IMG/VR virus record: IMGVR_UViG_3300022555_000004
Length of the DNA: 64,000 nucleotides
Direction: 5' to 3' (one strand)
From: a virus
Lineage: Duplodnaviria; Caudoviricetes
How positions within the stretch are numbered: position 1 is the first letter of the stretch; every line of letters begins with the position of its first letter. The translations under genes and the position numbers were made by a program. Shown in pieces: positions 39,256-49,505 of the stretch. The notes under the pieces were generated by a model. That model made no database searches. It worked only from the letters and a program-made list of their open reading frames with translations, and was not told where the DNA came from.

Positions 39256-40023
39256 TTATTTAAATAATGTTATTCCTATTTCGCTCTCTACGTCAATAAG
39301 TAGGCATTCACTGCCTATCCAGACTTCTACATCATCCCCAAAATATTTATCAGGGGCCATAAGTCTAAATTCATGTTCTTTAGGATCTAATAGATTACTA
39401 AGAAAATCAATGAGTTTTGTTTTGCCTTTATTATATATTCTCAAATAATCAATATCATAATCGTCATTGTAAATTAGATCACCATTATCTCTAATTTTAT
39501 CAATATCACTACATGCAATTTTAAATTCTTTGTAATTTACATCCCAAAATTCATCATCTATTTCTACTCGTCCTTGTTGTAGAAATTCATGTAAGTCACT
39601 ATTAAAATTATTCATATTATAACTAAATGATTGAAATGAATACCATATATCATTAGCTGGGCATACAGCTATTTTAGCACTATTTGTTGGGATAACATAA
39701 TACGGATGTTTACGATGTGCTCGTCTTTCGGCATTATTAATATCGGTTGTACAGATAATAGATTTGTTTCTTTTAGGATATGATGACCATGATGGTAAAT
39801 TACTCAAAAGCAAGTTGTAATAGTTATGGTCAGCATATGGACTTGTTCTTTCATCAAAATCTGATGGGGTTATAGTATAGTAATTTTCTGTATAGTCATC
39901 AACACCACGATATATTGGTTGCCCTTTCAATGCTTTTGAACAATATTTTTCAAGATAATGTTGGGCAAACTGATATGTTACTTCATTTCTTCTGGCTTCA
40001 TTGATAAAAGTTTTTAATCTCAT
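39256..40023 (-). CDS. ADP-ribosyltransferase-like paralog 1 (capsid-targeting-like N-terminus)
   Basis: MRLKTFINE; IYRG, ICTTD, VEVW. Confidence 0.6.
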   Translation of the reverse strand: MRLKTFINEARRNEVTYQFAQHYLEKYCSKALKGQPIYRGVDDYTENYYTITPSDFDERTSPYADHNYYNLLLSNLPSWSSYPKRNKSIICTTDINNAERRAHRKHPYYVIPTNSAKIAVCPANDIWYSFQSFSYNMNNFNSDLHEFLQQGRVEIDDEFWDVNYKEFKIACSDIDKIRDNGDLIYNDDYDIDYLRIYNKGKTKLIDFLSNLLDPKEHEFRLMAPDKYFGDDVEVWIGSECLLIDVESEIGITLFK

Positions 40024-40790
40024 AAGTTTTCTTCCAACCTAAAACTTTCCCCTAATTTACTAGACGTATCAATTAAAATACATGGGCTATCTGTCCATAC
40101 TTCATTATCGCCGCCCATATTTTCGCCAACATTTACTAATTTGAATCCATTTTTTTCAGGGTCTAATATGTCATTCAAATATTTGATAAATGGTATATCA
40201 CCTTCAATATACTCGCTAAATATGTTATAATCATCAGGATCAAGATTTTTTATTTTATCAAGTTCCAAACAATCTTTTACAAAAGAAGAAAAATCCACTT
40301 GACTTCGTTTTCTAAATATACCATTATCACGAAATAAACTATATATGGTATCATTTAAATCTGACAGGTCATACCACCCCTCAAATGCATCTCTAAATCC
40401 ATCCCAAATATCATCTCTAGGGCATACCCCTATTTTAGCACCATCGACAGGCAAAACATAATGGGCGATTCCTCTGCCACGATTTGAAGCATTTTCATAA
40501 TCAGTCGTACATATAACTGACTTATTTCTTTTTGGATATTGTGACCATGCTGGCAGATTACTCAATAATAGATTGTAATAATTTTCATCAGCAAACGGAC
40601 TTTTTCTCTCACCAAAATTCTTAGGATTTGTAAGGAAATATTCACCATCAATATGCCTATTCCCTCTATATATTGGATACCTTGTTATACTTGATAATGC
40701 TTTTTTACAATGTCTTTCAATATAATGTTGGGCAACTGAATAACTAATATGTTCTGACCTATTTTCATTGATAAATGTTTTTAATCTCAT
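40020..40790 (-). CDS. ADP-ribosyltransferase-like paralog 2
   Basis: MRLKTFINE; IYRG, ICTTD, NEVW. Confidence 0.6.
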   Translation of the reverse strand: MRLKTFINENRSEHISYSVAQHYIERHCKKALSSITRYPIYRGNRHIDGEYFLTNPKNFGERKSPFADENYYNLLLSNLPAWSQYPKRNKSVICTTDYENASNRGRGIAHYVLPVDGAKIGVCPRDDIWDGFRDAFEGWYDLSDLNDTIYSLFRDNGIFRKRSQVDFSSFVKDCLELDKIKNLDPDDYNIFSEYIEGDIPFIKYLNDILDPEKNGFKLVNVGENMGGDNEVWTDSPCILIDTSSKLGESFRLEENL

Positions 40791-41464
40791 ATATTTAACA
40801 TCCTTTCAACATCATCTTGTGAATTATTATCTATAACATAATAATAATCACATTTTATAGATACTTCATTACCAGACCTTATTGCCGCTGGTAGGTTTGT
40901 ATTTTTATATAAAAGGGGCACTCGTTTTATTTGTTTTTCAACCTCTTTATGCCAATCATCAATCACGGATTGTTCATATTGTTCTTTTGTCATACCTAAT
41001 TCAACAAGTTCTTCTGGATTGATGTCAGTCAATTTCCATTTTAGTGTTGCTGGATGAATATCATATGTTGATCTATTATCTTTATTTTCTATTGCTGATG
41101 AATATAAATCCATTATATCAGGCGACCATAAGAATGAAAATCCATTTTTAGGAAATACAATATACATATGATCACCATAAATATCAATCTCTGTCAGGTC
41201 GCTCGTACAAAACATTGCTTCTGACCGTGGTTTCCATCCAAACAATTTATAAAATTCTTCATCATATCGTATTGATAATTTAGAATCCATATTCAATGTT
41301 TTTCTATCTTTACGGGGATATATTTGAGCAAAATCATTAAAAATATGATTAGACGCTCTATATAAAAAACTGCCTGTTTTTGAATATGCCTTACATATTT
41401 CAGAACATTTTTTTTGAATATCTGAAAATTTATTATCAAATATAATATTTTGTTTTAATCTCAT
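40787..41464 (-). CDS. ADP-ribosyltransferase-like paralog 3
   Basis: MRLKQ; LYRA, FCTSD, NEVS; FGWKPRSE. Confidence 0.55.
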   Translation of the reverse strand: MRLKQNIIFDNKFSDIQKKCSEICKAYSKTGSFLYRASNHIFNDFAQIYPRKDRKTLNMDSKLSIRYDEEFYKLFGWKPRSEAMFCTSDLTEIDIYGDHMYIVFPKNGFSFLWSPDIMDLYSSAIENKDNRSTYDIHPATLKWKLTDINPEELVELGMTKEQYEQSVIDDWHKEVEKQIKRVPLLYKNTNLPAAIRSGNEVSIKCDYYYVIDNNSQDDVERMLNI

Positions 41465-42333
41465 TATCCAAATCCTAGATCTTTTATCGTAAAACCGCTG
41501 TAATATCCATTAGAACCATTAGATGGAAGTAATATTCCATAATAATAATTACATTTGAACATCATTTCATTTTTATTACCACCTTTTAAATAGGTATGTA
41601 AATTCCTATCTTGGTATGTTTCGACCACATTTTCTAATGAAGGATCACGTGAGTCCATCCATTCTTCTTCGGATACAACAGGCACCCATAAATATGTTTT
41701 ACTTATTTGCAAATCATCTTCATCTACATATATATCTATTTTCATTCCATTATAACTATATGTAGCATAATCAGAATTAGCATATGGAATATCATATTTT
41801 TCAGCAAACTTCTCATTTGTTTCCTGATCAATCCAATCACCAATATATGAAAAGGGATCATATTCATCATATAATGTTTTATTTTCAAAATAATCTGAAT
41901 ATAGATCTTCATAATTAGGCGACCAAACATATTTATAACCATTTACTGGGAAAAATACATATATTTTTCCATATGATTTTGCTACCGTTGAAGAAGATGA
42001 AACAAAAACTCCTTCTGATCTAGGACGCCATCCAAATATATCCTCAAAAAGATCATCAATACTTCTTTGATCAGATGGATCTGTGTCTTTAGGTTTTCTA
42101 TCATTTCTAGGAATTATTTTATATACATTATCAGAAATAGTTTCCCTTCTTGATGTTTTTGTTCCTCTATATAAAAGTTTGTTAGTCAAAGCATATTCTT
42201 TTACTATATCACTACATTCATGTTTTATTTTACTAATAACCTCTCTGTCCAATGAAAATTCAACATCACCATGTTTTACATTTATTTTCATATCTGGAAA
42301 TAATTCTTGTTGCATATGTTTATTCAATCTCAT
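41464..42333 (-). CDS. ADP-ribosyltransferase-like paralog 4
   Basis: Start MRLNKHMQQE at 42333; LYRG, FVSSS, NEMM; FGWRPRSE. Confidence 0.55.
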   Translation of the reverse strand: MRLNKHMQQELFPDMKINVKHGDVEFSLDREVISKIKHECSDIVKEYALTNKLLYRGTKTSRRETISDNVYKIIPRNDRKPKDTDPSDQRSIDDLFEDIFGWRPRSEGVFVSSSSTVAKSYGKIYVFFPVNGYKYVWSPNYEDLYSDYFENKTLYDEYDPFSYIGDWIDQETNEKFAEKYDIPYANSDYATYSYNGMKIDIYVDEDDLQISKTYLWVPVVSEEEWMDSRDPSLENVVETYQDRNLHTYLKGGNKNEMMFKCNYYYGILLPSNGSNGYYSGFTIKDLGFG

Positions 42334-43079
42334 AATAGATTTGCCCCTACTTTTACTAATACACAAGGATCTGAAATCCAAATTTCACGATTTGGTGGTA
42401 TGTTATTTCCAGCCCTTACTAATGAAAAATCACAAGCATCTGGATCCATAAGATAATCAATAAAACCATAAAATGTTTTTCCACTACCCATATATGATAC
42501 AAAAAAGGGCATAGCATACTTATATCTAAAAGCCTTGATATCCATTTCTTTTATAATTAACTCTTTATTTTTATCTATTAGTTTGAATATTTTTACCATA
42601 TTAGGAAAATCATAATCTGCTCTAGTAACACATATATAATCTGATTCAACCACTATGCCGGTAATTTCTGAAATATCTTCAAATGAATATTGTAATCTTT
42701 TAGATCCCCAAATGTCCATATATGGGCATACCCCAACCTTTCCACCATTTATTGGGTATACATTATAAACATCCCCGAATCCATCGGAATATTCAGAATC
42801 GGTTGAACATATAATAGATTTACTTCTTTTTGGATATTTTGACCATTTTGATGAATTATCCATCATCAATGTATAATAATTAGATGTACTGGCTGACCTT
42901 CTAAGATCTTTAGATTTTGATGGATCAATATAAGCAAAATCACCATATCCACCAACACCACGATATATTTGAACTTTACTAACAAAGGCATCAGCATGGT
43001 CAGTTCGTAATAATTCACGGGCTTCTTCTTTGGTAATTGGTTTGCCTCTTTGTTTTTCTACGTATTCATTTAATCTCAT
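42330..43079 (-). CDS. ADP-ribosyltransferase-like paralog 5
   Basis: MRLNEYVE; IYRG, ICSTD, REIW. Confidence 0.6.
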   Translation of the reverse strand: MRLNEYVEKQRGKPITKEEARELLRTDHADAFVSKVQIYRGVGGYGDFAYIDPSKSKDLRRSASTSNYYTLMMDNSSKWSKYPKRSKSIICSTDSEYSDGFGDVYNVYPINGGKVGVCPYMDIWGSKRLQYSFEDISEITGIVVESDYICVTRADYDFPNMVKIFKLIDKNKELIIKEMDIKAFRYKYAMPFFVSYMGSGKTFYGFIDYLMDPDACDFSLVRAGNNIPPNREIWISDPCVLVKVGANLL

Positions 43080-43083
43080 TATT

Positions 43084-43311
43084 TTATAATCCAGAGTCTT
43101 TGAGTAATTGTGGAATCATTTTTTTAATCTTATTATCTAGTATAGTTCTATGATAGTTCTTCAATGAACACTTTTCATCCTTAAATATTTCACACTTGTC
43201 ACATTCTAATTTTTTAACTATACAATATATTGGTTTGTTACTCATTGATTTTACCAATACCAATTGTTCCAAAAGGGGTTTCAACGAATATTGTAGTATC
43301 GGGGAACACAT
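43084..43311 (-). CDS. Small Cys-containing hypothetical protein
   Basis: CIVKKLECDKCE...CSL. Confidence 0.45.
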   Translation of the reverse strand: MCSPILQYSLKPLLEQLVLVKSMSNKPIYCIVKKLECDKCEIFKDEKCSLKNYHRTILDNKIKKMIPQLLKDSGL

Positions 43312-43407
43312 CTATTAATTCCTGGCAAAAAGGACAAACCATATCGTATCCATATTTTTTTACATTAAATTCTTTCTCGCAATAAGGACAAATTCCTTTA
43401 TCGTTTA

Positions 43408-43710
43408 TCATTTTTTATAAACTACCAAGTATATGAAAAAAATCAATAATTGCAGTAACGCTAATACGGCAGAAATTGCATACTGTGTTTTTGTGACTCG
43501 GCTGAGATGATCTTTGGATGCAAAACTTTCTGCTTGTTTATCCATTTTGTGTTGCAAATTATTAACGGAATCAAAGTGTTGATCGGTGGTTTGTTTGAAT
43601 AATTTATGCTCGGCCAAAATCAATTCTCTAGCTAAAACTAAAGCCTTCTCTTCCAATTCCATTTTAGTTTCAATGATGACTATTCTGTCATGATCACTAT
43701 GTTCAGTCAT
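43408..43710 (-). CDS. Coiled-coil protein with a single C-terminal TM helix (XhlA/holin-like)
   Basis: HDRIVIIETK...; AISAVLALLQLLIFFIYLVVYKK. Confidence 0.6.
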   Translation of the reverse strand: MTEHSDHDRIVIIETKMELEEKALVLARELILAEHKLFKQTTDQHFDSVNNLQHKMDKQAESFASKDHLSRVTKTQYAISAVLALLQLLIFFIYLVVYKK

Positions 43711-43729
43711 ATTATCCTCTCATTAAATT

Positions 43730-44173
43730 TTATTCAATTGATTTATCATCTTTTCTACCATAGTATCTTCTGTTAGTAATATCTTCTATAATGGATAAAT
43801 AACAATCTGTTCCTTTTATGGTTATAATTTTTGTTGTAACTTCCGTATGAACTAATCTTGTTTTTACCTGATATGTAATTTTTATCTTAGAAGCAATTCC
43901 ATTTTTTTTGATCTCATTAACTATTTTTTGTCTATCATCATCATTAACATACATTCCAACATCAACTAATTTTTTGCCTAAAAGTTCGTATTCAGAATAA
44001 CCAGATATTTCTTCAAAGGCATGGTTGATTTTTACAACTTCACCTGTAAGTTTAGTAATAGACATAGGTGTTGGGTTCATACAAAATGCTAGTCGAAACA
44101 TTGTTTCAGATTCTTTCAATGCAATGTCACGTTCGATTAATTTCTTTGTTAATTCAGATAATGTCAATTCCAT
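43730..44173 (-). CDS. Stand-alone PAS domain protein
   Basis: FRLAF..NPTPMSIT...G...INHAFEEISGYS..ELLGK...DIT. Confidence 0.85.
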   Translation of the reverse strand: MELTLSELTKKLIERDIALKESETMFRLAFCMNPTPMSITKLTGEVVKINHAFEEISGYSEYELLGKKLVDVGMYVNDDDRQKIVNEIKKNGIASKIKITYQVKTRLVHTEVTTKIITIKGTDCYLSIIEDITNRRYYGRKDDKSIE

Positions 44174-44184
44174 AATTCACCTCG

Positions 44185-44439
44185 TTATCGAATAAGGTAC
44201 TTTAGTCCGAGCATAATCAAACCACAAAATATGCCAACACCAATTCCAGAAATTATACCCCATTTTCTACCAGCTCGTTCTCCGGCTTCCTTAGCAATAT
44301 GTGTAAGTTCATTATCAAATACAGCAAGTCTTCTTAGAATTAGTTCTACTTTTTCACCATATTTCTCTTTCCATTTTTTATCGTCTTCTATATAAGTCAA
44401 TACGGCCTTCGCCCATTCACTCCAATCTTCTGATGCCAT
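44185..44439 (-). CDS. Small protein with C-terminal TM helix (XhlA/holin-like)
   Basis: WGIISGIGVGIFCGLIMLGLKYLIR. Confidence 0.6.
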   Translation of the reverse strand: MASEDWSEWAKAVLTYIEDDKKWKEKYGEKVELILRRLAVFDNELTHIAKEAGERAGRKWGIISGIGVGIFCGLIMLGLKYLIR

Positions 44440-44940
44440 TTAAGCCCCCTTACGTTGGTTATCGGTAATATTTCTTCCACTTCCAACCGTTCCTATCAAT
44501 GTATTATTTAGAAAAATAGGTGATTTATTGACTTCCAAACATAAATATTTTCCTTTAACATTTCCATCCTCAATAAATGTACCAGACTTTTTGGTTTTCA
44601 ATATTATTGCATCAGAATCAACACATACTTCACCAAAGGTATGCCATAGCGGATCATTAGGATGTAATTCTCTAGCACGGTTTACAAAAAACATATCATT
44701 TTTTCCAATCGGCTCATCAAAATCTGATGTACATAACAAATTTTCACACATGGATTTGTTTACATGTGTAAACACACCATTTACATCCTTTGCCCATATC
44801 AAATCTGGATTTGAATTACATATTAATTTTAATGTTTCATATAGAATTTGAAAATGATGTTCATTTTCTTGTATTTGAAGTTCATTGTTTAATAATCGTT
44901 CCGTTAATTCTCTAAGAGACAAATTATTTATCACACTCAT
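44440..44940 (-). CDS. Stand-alone PAS (PAS_4-like) domain protein
   Basis: NPDLIWAKDVNG.F..VNK...IGKND...KSPIF...IGTVG.GRNIT. Confidence 0.85.
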   Translation of the reverse strand: MSVINNLSLRELTERLLNNELQIQENEHHFQILYETLKLICNSNPDLIWAKDVNGVFTHVNKSMCENLLCTSDFDEPIGKNDMFFVNRARELHPNDPLWHTFGEVCVDSDAIILKTKKSGTFIEDGNVKGKYLCLEVNKSPIFLNNTLIGTVGSGRNITDNQRKGA

Positions 44941-45000
44941 TACTCCCCCCGTATTTGTAATCTTTTATTTTGATATTCAAAAATAAATAGTCGTTTAATC

Positions 45001-46329
45001 TCATGGTTTTATATTCAACATTCTCATAAATTCTTCCTCTTTTTTACTAAGTTTTGGTAAGAATTGTAGTCGCCTTTCTAATTTTTTTAAATATTGAGCA
45101 TTTACCTTATTTGAATATAATGATTCTTTTTTATCGGATCTATAAGATCTTTTTGGTTCATATAGTATCGGATCAGTTTTACTTTTTACCTTATCAATCT
45201 CTTGCATAATAAGATATACTTCTAGTTTTGATAGGATACGACTGCATTTGGCTATGTATTCTTTTTTCTTATAATTCGGGTCACGTGATATCTTTAAGGC
45301 GTATACATATTGTGCAATAACTACTTTGATTTTATCCCATTTCAAATGATATCCACTACCGCCAATATATCTAAATTCGATATAAGGGCTTTCTTCATCC
45401 ATATGTTCTATGTTTATGCCATGATAATGTTGTGAACTATATTTTATATCTAAATCTTTTGTTCTAATCATATTACGCAATTGATGAACTCTTGTCACAC
45501 CTTCACTACCAAACTGTTTTGTACTATCAGAATACATTTCTTGTCTAATTTTTTCTTTCATACTAATAACATACATATTCGCTTCTCTACCATCAAAGAA
45601 CTTCCATAAATAATCTTCATCAACAAATAAACATAATTTCACCGTATCAATTTTATCCATTCCATTTTTCAATGAAATGTTTATATGTAACCCACAGTCA
45701 TTGTCCGTATCACCAATTTTCTTGATCATATCAAAAACATTAGGGCAAATTTTTAAAAATTTAGGTAATGACATAGGCGGACTAACAAGTTCAATGCCAT
45801 ATCCGCCCCCTAACGAACAATCTTCATTTATATCCCATCCTCTTGATGATTCCAATATTTGTGGATTAGCGTCCAAATAATCCTGAAGCGAATTTCTCAT
45901 ATGGTCAAAATCATTTTCAAACTCATTCCTATTCCATGAACTAATATAATCATTTGGTTGATCTGGTTCTTCTGGTGCAGGATGTTCGTCTTCCCATTTT
46001 TCGGTTGCTTCTTCTACAATGCCATCTTCTTCATCTGTAAGGTCTGAATGATCTCTGTCAGGAAATGTTTCTTCTAAAAAATCCGATACGAATCTTGACC
46101 GTTCATTTCGCCATGAACGGTCAAAGTCGTAAAGAGCGTCATCATAATTTATAGAATTTTCTATTGCATTTTCATAATCTTCTTTTTCAGCTGATCTGTA
46201 ATTATCTAAAAAAGATTCATTCATTTTAAATTCAAATTCGGCCCCAACGAGGATATCATCAGACCCAAGTATGGCATCTATTTCCTTCTTATTAACTTTT
46301 TCATTCAAATCATTATAAAATCTGGACAT
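45001..46329 (-). CDS. Putative amidoligase (COOH-NH2 ligase) enzyme
   Basis: VGAEFEF, EDCSL...IELVSPPM, CGLHINIS, YHGINI, IEFR..GG; starts MSRFYNDLNE. Confidence 0.8.
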   Translation of the reverse strand: MSRFYNDLNEKVNKKEIDAILGSDDILVGAEFEFKMNESFLDNYRSAEKEDYENAIENSINYDDALYDFDRSWRNERSRFVSDFLEETFPDRDHSDLTDEEDGIVEEATEKWEDEHPAPEEPDQPNDYISSWNRNEFENDFDHMRNSLQDYLDANPQILESSRGWDINEDCSLGGGYGIELVSPPMSLPKFLKICPNVFDMIKKIGDTDNDCGLHINISLKNGMDKIDTVKLCLFVDEDYLWKFFDGREANMYVISMKEKIRQEMYSDSTKQFGSEGVTRVHQLRNMIRTKDLDIKYSSQHYHGINIEHMDEESPYIEFRYIGGSGYHLKWDKIKVVIAQYVYALKISRDPNYKKKEYIAKCSRILSKLEVYLIMQEIDKVKSKTDPILYEPKRSYRSDKKESLYSNKVNAQYLKKLERRLQFLPKLSKKEEEFMRMLNIKP

Positions 46330-46331
46330 CG

Positions 46332-46742
46332 TTACCTCACGAAAATTTCAAATATAATTCTGCTCGTATCTTCTTGAACGCCTGATGTAAATGGCCAGCC
46401 CATCTGGTCGCACAATTCTACAATAAAATCAGATATTTCTTCCAATTCTTCAAATAATACAACAAGAACCATGTTTCCACTTTTTCTTGAAAAAACTATG
46501 GTTCTATCGACATCTTCATATGTGTCACTATATGTTGCCAACGTATATTGGGCATTACATGGATGTTCAATATAATGATATATCATTTCTTTGTCATTAC
46601 TCTTGACCGCAACGGCTTCATTGAGAAGATTTTGTATTGGTTTGGCTTTCTTTTCTTCTTTTATAATAACCTTTGCCGGTATTTTATTCAAGAATTTTTT
46701 CATTTTATCTGACATACTAATACTCCTTATTTGCCATACCAT
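46332..46742 (-). CDS. Hypothetical protein
   Basis: Probable start MSDKMKKFLNK. Confidence 0.55.
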   Translation of the reverse strand: MVWQIRSISMSDKMKKFLNKIPAKVIIKEEKKAKPIQNLLNEAVAVKSNDKEMIYHYIEHPCNAQYTLATYSDTYEDVDRTIVFSRKSGNMVLVVLFEELEEISDFIVELCDQMGWPFTSGVQEDTSRIIFEIFVR

Positions 46743-47443
46743 GTGCTGGCTATTCTTTTTATATCTTCAATATCCATTATATTCGGTGATAAATATTTCC
46801 ACCCATTCACTAACATTTTATCATATCGTTCAACACCAATAGGATTTTCAATCGGAGCATCATAAAAATATGAAATTCGTTTGAATGCTTTTTTGATAAC
46901 ATCATCAGTCAGTTCATTGTCATCATTATTTATCTCCATATTAAAATTAAAATACCCTTTTACATCATTTTTTAATTTTTGTAGTTTTTTATGATAATCA
47001 ACTATAACGGATTGGTCAACTTTACGTTGTCTATTATTAGCACGTTGTAATGCTGTATCTAATGATGTATTGACAAATATCATGGCATAATCATATCCTA
47101 TTTCATCTAATACATTCAATCTTGCCCTCAATCTATTTGGATTTGCTGCCGTTGTATCAATAAATAATGGTAGAATACCATTAAAATATTGAACCAATTG
47201 ATTTTTAGATATTATTTTAGAACGGTCATATACTGCCGGTATGTTTTCTATGTCAAGAAATTCAGTAAACTTATCAACATTTACAATTCTAGGTTCAACG
47301 GTTCCTGATTTGATTTTTGTTAATATATAACTTTTTCCTGAACCGGCTGTTCCGGCCATGAATATAGCTTTGAATCGCCCGGCATCATTCACACTTTCGG
47401 TTAATAATGATGTTGTTTCATTCATATACGATAAAAAGCCCAT
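46727..47443 (-). CDS. P-loop kinase (zeta-toxin / AAA_33-like)
   Basis: FMAGTAGSGKS, VNVD, IDTT, R..R.R; starts MGFLSYMNE. Confidence 0.8.
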   Translation of the reverse strand: MGFLSYMNETTSLLTESVNDAGRFKAIFMAGTAGSGKSYILTKIKSGTVEPRIVNVDKFTEFLDIENIPAVYDRSKIISKNQLVQYFNGILPLFIDTTAANPNRLRARLNVLDEIGYDYAMIFVNTSLDTALQRANNRQRKVDQSVIVDYHKKLQKLKNDVKGYFNFNMEINNDDNELTDDVIKKAFKRISYFYDAPIENPIGVERYDKMLVNGWKYLSPNIMDIEDIKRIASTWYGK

Positions 47444-47505
47444 TAATATTCTCCTTTAGTTATCTTTTTAACAGCATAATAAGATACATTTAAAGCATCC
47501 ATTAT

Positions 47506-47670
47506 TTATTGAAATGTATTACCAGCATCACGCAATAATAAAATATTATCTATATATTTTTTATATTTTCTTTTACCAAACTTTCCATTTTTTTCACCTG
47601 TTGTTCCGATATGAGATTGGCTATTTTTTAATATTCTTTCTGTCAAATATTTTTCTTCAATATTAATCAT
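47506..47670 (-). pseudogene. 54-aa ORF: EKYLTE N-terminus fused to a NUMOD3/HTH-like remnant
   Basis: My translation (not in the track): MINIEEKYLTERILKNSQSHIGTTGEKNGKFGKRKY...LRDAGNTFQ. Confidence 0.4.
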
Positions 47671-48221
47671 TACTTGCCTCCAACCTTCATCTTACTTATA
47701 AATTTCTTATCCAATTTTTCTAAAAACATATCAAATTCAAAGAAAACTATACTAGGCAATTCATCATCGTATGATAAGATGACATGTTGTTTGATATTTG
47801 TTTTCATCAATTTCGATAATGATGTGTCATCTTCAATGCCTACTAATATTGGCATTCCCTTTTTTCTGAATATCAACATCCCTTGTTTATCAGCAGTTCT
47901 AGCATCCTTGATACATTGTGCCCAGAAATCTTGTATTGTATCATTCTTATTATTCTTGAATAATTTCATGAAATCAGCATCAGGATACCCATCTTTACAT
48001 TCAATAGAGAATTTTGATGTCAAAACTCTAGCTTCTGGTTTTATGGCTATTATATCGCCTGTTATTTCACCGTTTTGTTCGTTCATTGTGGCCACAGCAC
48101 CTGAACTTGGGCTTCTGTAGAAATAATATTCTTTATCCTGTCCTGTAAGCCACAAACTAAGTTTATGTGATATCAATCGTTCAAAAGCACTGCCTTTCGA
48201 TTTTCCCTTGCCTGGTTTCAT
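47670..48221 (-). CDS. Holliday junction resolvase-like PD-(D/E)xK nuclease
   Basis: KSKGSAFER...RSPSSGA...GDII...SIECK. Confidence 0.8.
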   Translation of the reverse strand: MKPGKGKSKGSAFERLISHKLSLWLTGQDKEYYFYRSPSSGAVATMNEQNGEITGDIIAIKPEARVLTSKFSIECKDGYPDADFMKLFKNNKNDTIQDFWAQCIKDARTADKQGMLIFRKKGMPILVGIEDDTSLSKLMKTNIKQHVILSYDDELPSIVFFEFDMFLEKLDKKFISKMKVGGK

Positions 48222-48223
48222 TA

Positions 48224-48433
48224 TTAAACAACCTCCCTCAATATAAATCCATTATATCCTCTATATCTCAACATTTTAAATTCATCAGATATTTCCTTGA
48301 TTGCTTGTTTTATCTCTTTGAATATTGTAGGTATAAGATTAGTCAATGATTCAGATACATTATAGTTATCTAAAAAATGAATATAATCTTCATAGGTTAT
48401 ACTTTCTTCTTGAACATAAGTATTCAATCTCAT
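48224..48433 (-). CDS. Small protein with capsid-targeting-like N-terminus
   Basis: MRLNTYVQEE. Confidence 0.5.
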   Translation of the reverse strand: MRLNTYVQEESITYEDYIHFLDNYNVSESLTNLIPTIFKEIKQAIKEISDEFKMLRYRGYNGFILREVV

Positions 48434-48443
48434 TGACGTTTTC

Positions 48444-48713
48444 CTATTTTGTATCAGTTGGAGTAGTTGTTTTTGCCGATGTTAATGCCGTTTCTATTAC
48501 TGATTTACCAGCCCATAGACCAAAAGATATACCAAAAAAACTGATTATAAATCCTTGTAGTTCTTTCAGATTTTGAATCATTTCTTTTGAACTGAAACAT
48601 ATAGCAATTGTAAGCATACAAAATATCATAACTGTTATGACTAAATTGACAAATGATCCTTTGATTGATTTTTTTTCATCATCCCAAAATATATTACTAT
48701 TCATGTTTATCAC
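48444..48713 (-). CDS. Two-TM membrane protein (holin-like)
   Basis: Two hydrophobic helices; located in the lysis cluster. Confidence 0.55.
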   Translation of the reverse strand: MINMNSNIFWDDEKKSIKGSFVNLVITVMIFCMLTIAICFSSKEMIQNLKELQGFIISFFGISFGLWAGKSVIETALTSAKTTTPTDTK

Positions 48714-49030
48714 CTCTTGATATTATCTATTTTATTTTTGACATCAATTCGTTCTTGTTCTATTTTTTGAAAATCCTCTTTTAATTCAACATCTTTAGGG
48801 TTCTTTTTTGTAAGTGCCTTATATTGATAATATTGGTCTGTTAGATTTATATATCTCTGTTCCAATCTATCTTTTACCATATCACTTTGAAATGATTTTA
48901 ATGTTTGAACAAGTTGTATTTCAGATTTCTTCAAGTCATCTGATGTGGCATATCGGCTATCAATAGCTAATACGCCTGTTATCAAGGATATACCTAATAC
49001 AATACTTCCTATAATTGTTTTTATTTCCAT
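48710..49030 (-). CDS. N-terminal TM plus coiled-coil protein
   Basis: IIGSIVLGISLITGVLAID.. Confidence 0.55.
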   Translation of the reverse strand: MEIKTIIGSIVLGISLITGVLAIDSRYATSDDLKKSEIQLVQTLKSFQSDMVKDRLEQRYINLTDQYYQYKALTKKNPKDVELKEDFQKIEQERIDVKNKIDNIKR

Positions 49031-49055
49031 TATACACCTCTCACATTCAAAAGTA

Positions 49056-49505
49056 TTACAACAATAATACTAATACTGCGCCTGCAAGTATACCTATACC
49101 AATACCACCAACAGCAATAAACACTTTATCCCATATATTGCCTTTGTCTTTTTCATATACTTTGATCTTATCTTCATATACTTTCTTTTGATTTTCAAGT
49201 TCCTTTGCTGATAAGTCTAATTGGTCTTGTTTTAACTTTACTTGTTCTTTTAGAATAATATTTTGTTCCATCAATAAAGTGTTTTGATCCACTAATTGAC
49301 TATTCGCCTTTTCAATCAAAACCACCTGACGTTCATATAAACTAGACCTTTCCAATTCAACAACCATTTTTTTAGCATCAGCAATTGGAATAACAATATC
49401 TTCTGCAAACGATATGAGTGGTGTACATAATATGAATATACTACTTAACAGTATACCCAAGGGTTTTAAGCCTTGCTTTAATTTCTTTAACATCTTTAGG
49501 TTCAT
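49056..49505 (-). CDS. Spanin-like coiled-coil membrane protein
   Basis: Signal-like N-terminus, coiled coil, C-terminal TM. Confidence 0.5.
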   Translation of the reverse strand: MNLKMLKKLKQGLKPLGILLSSIFILCTPLISFAEDIVIPIADAKKMVVELERSSLYERQVVLIEKANSQLVDQNTLLMEQNIILKEQVKLKQDQLDLSAKELENQKKVYEDKIKVYEKDKGNIWDKVFIAVGGIGIGILAGAVLVLLL

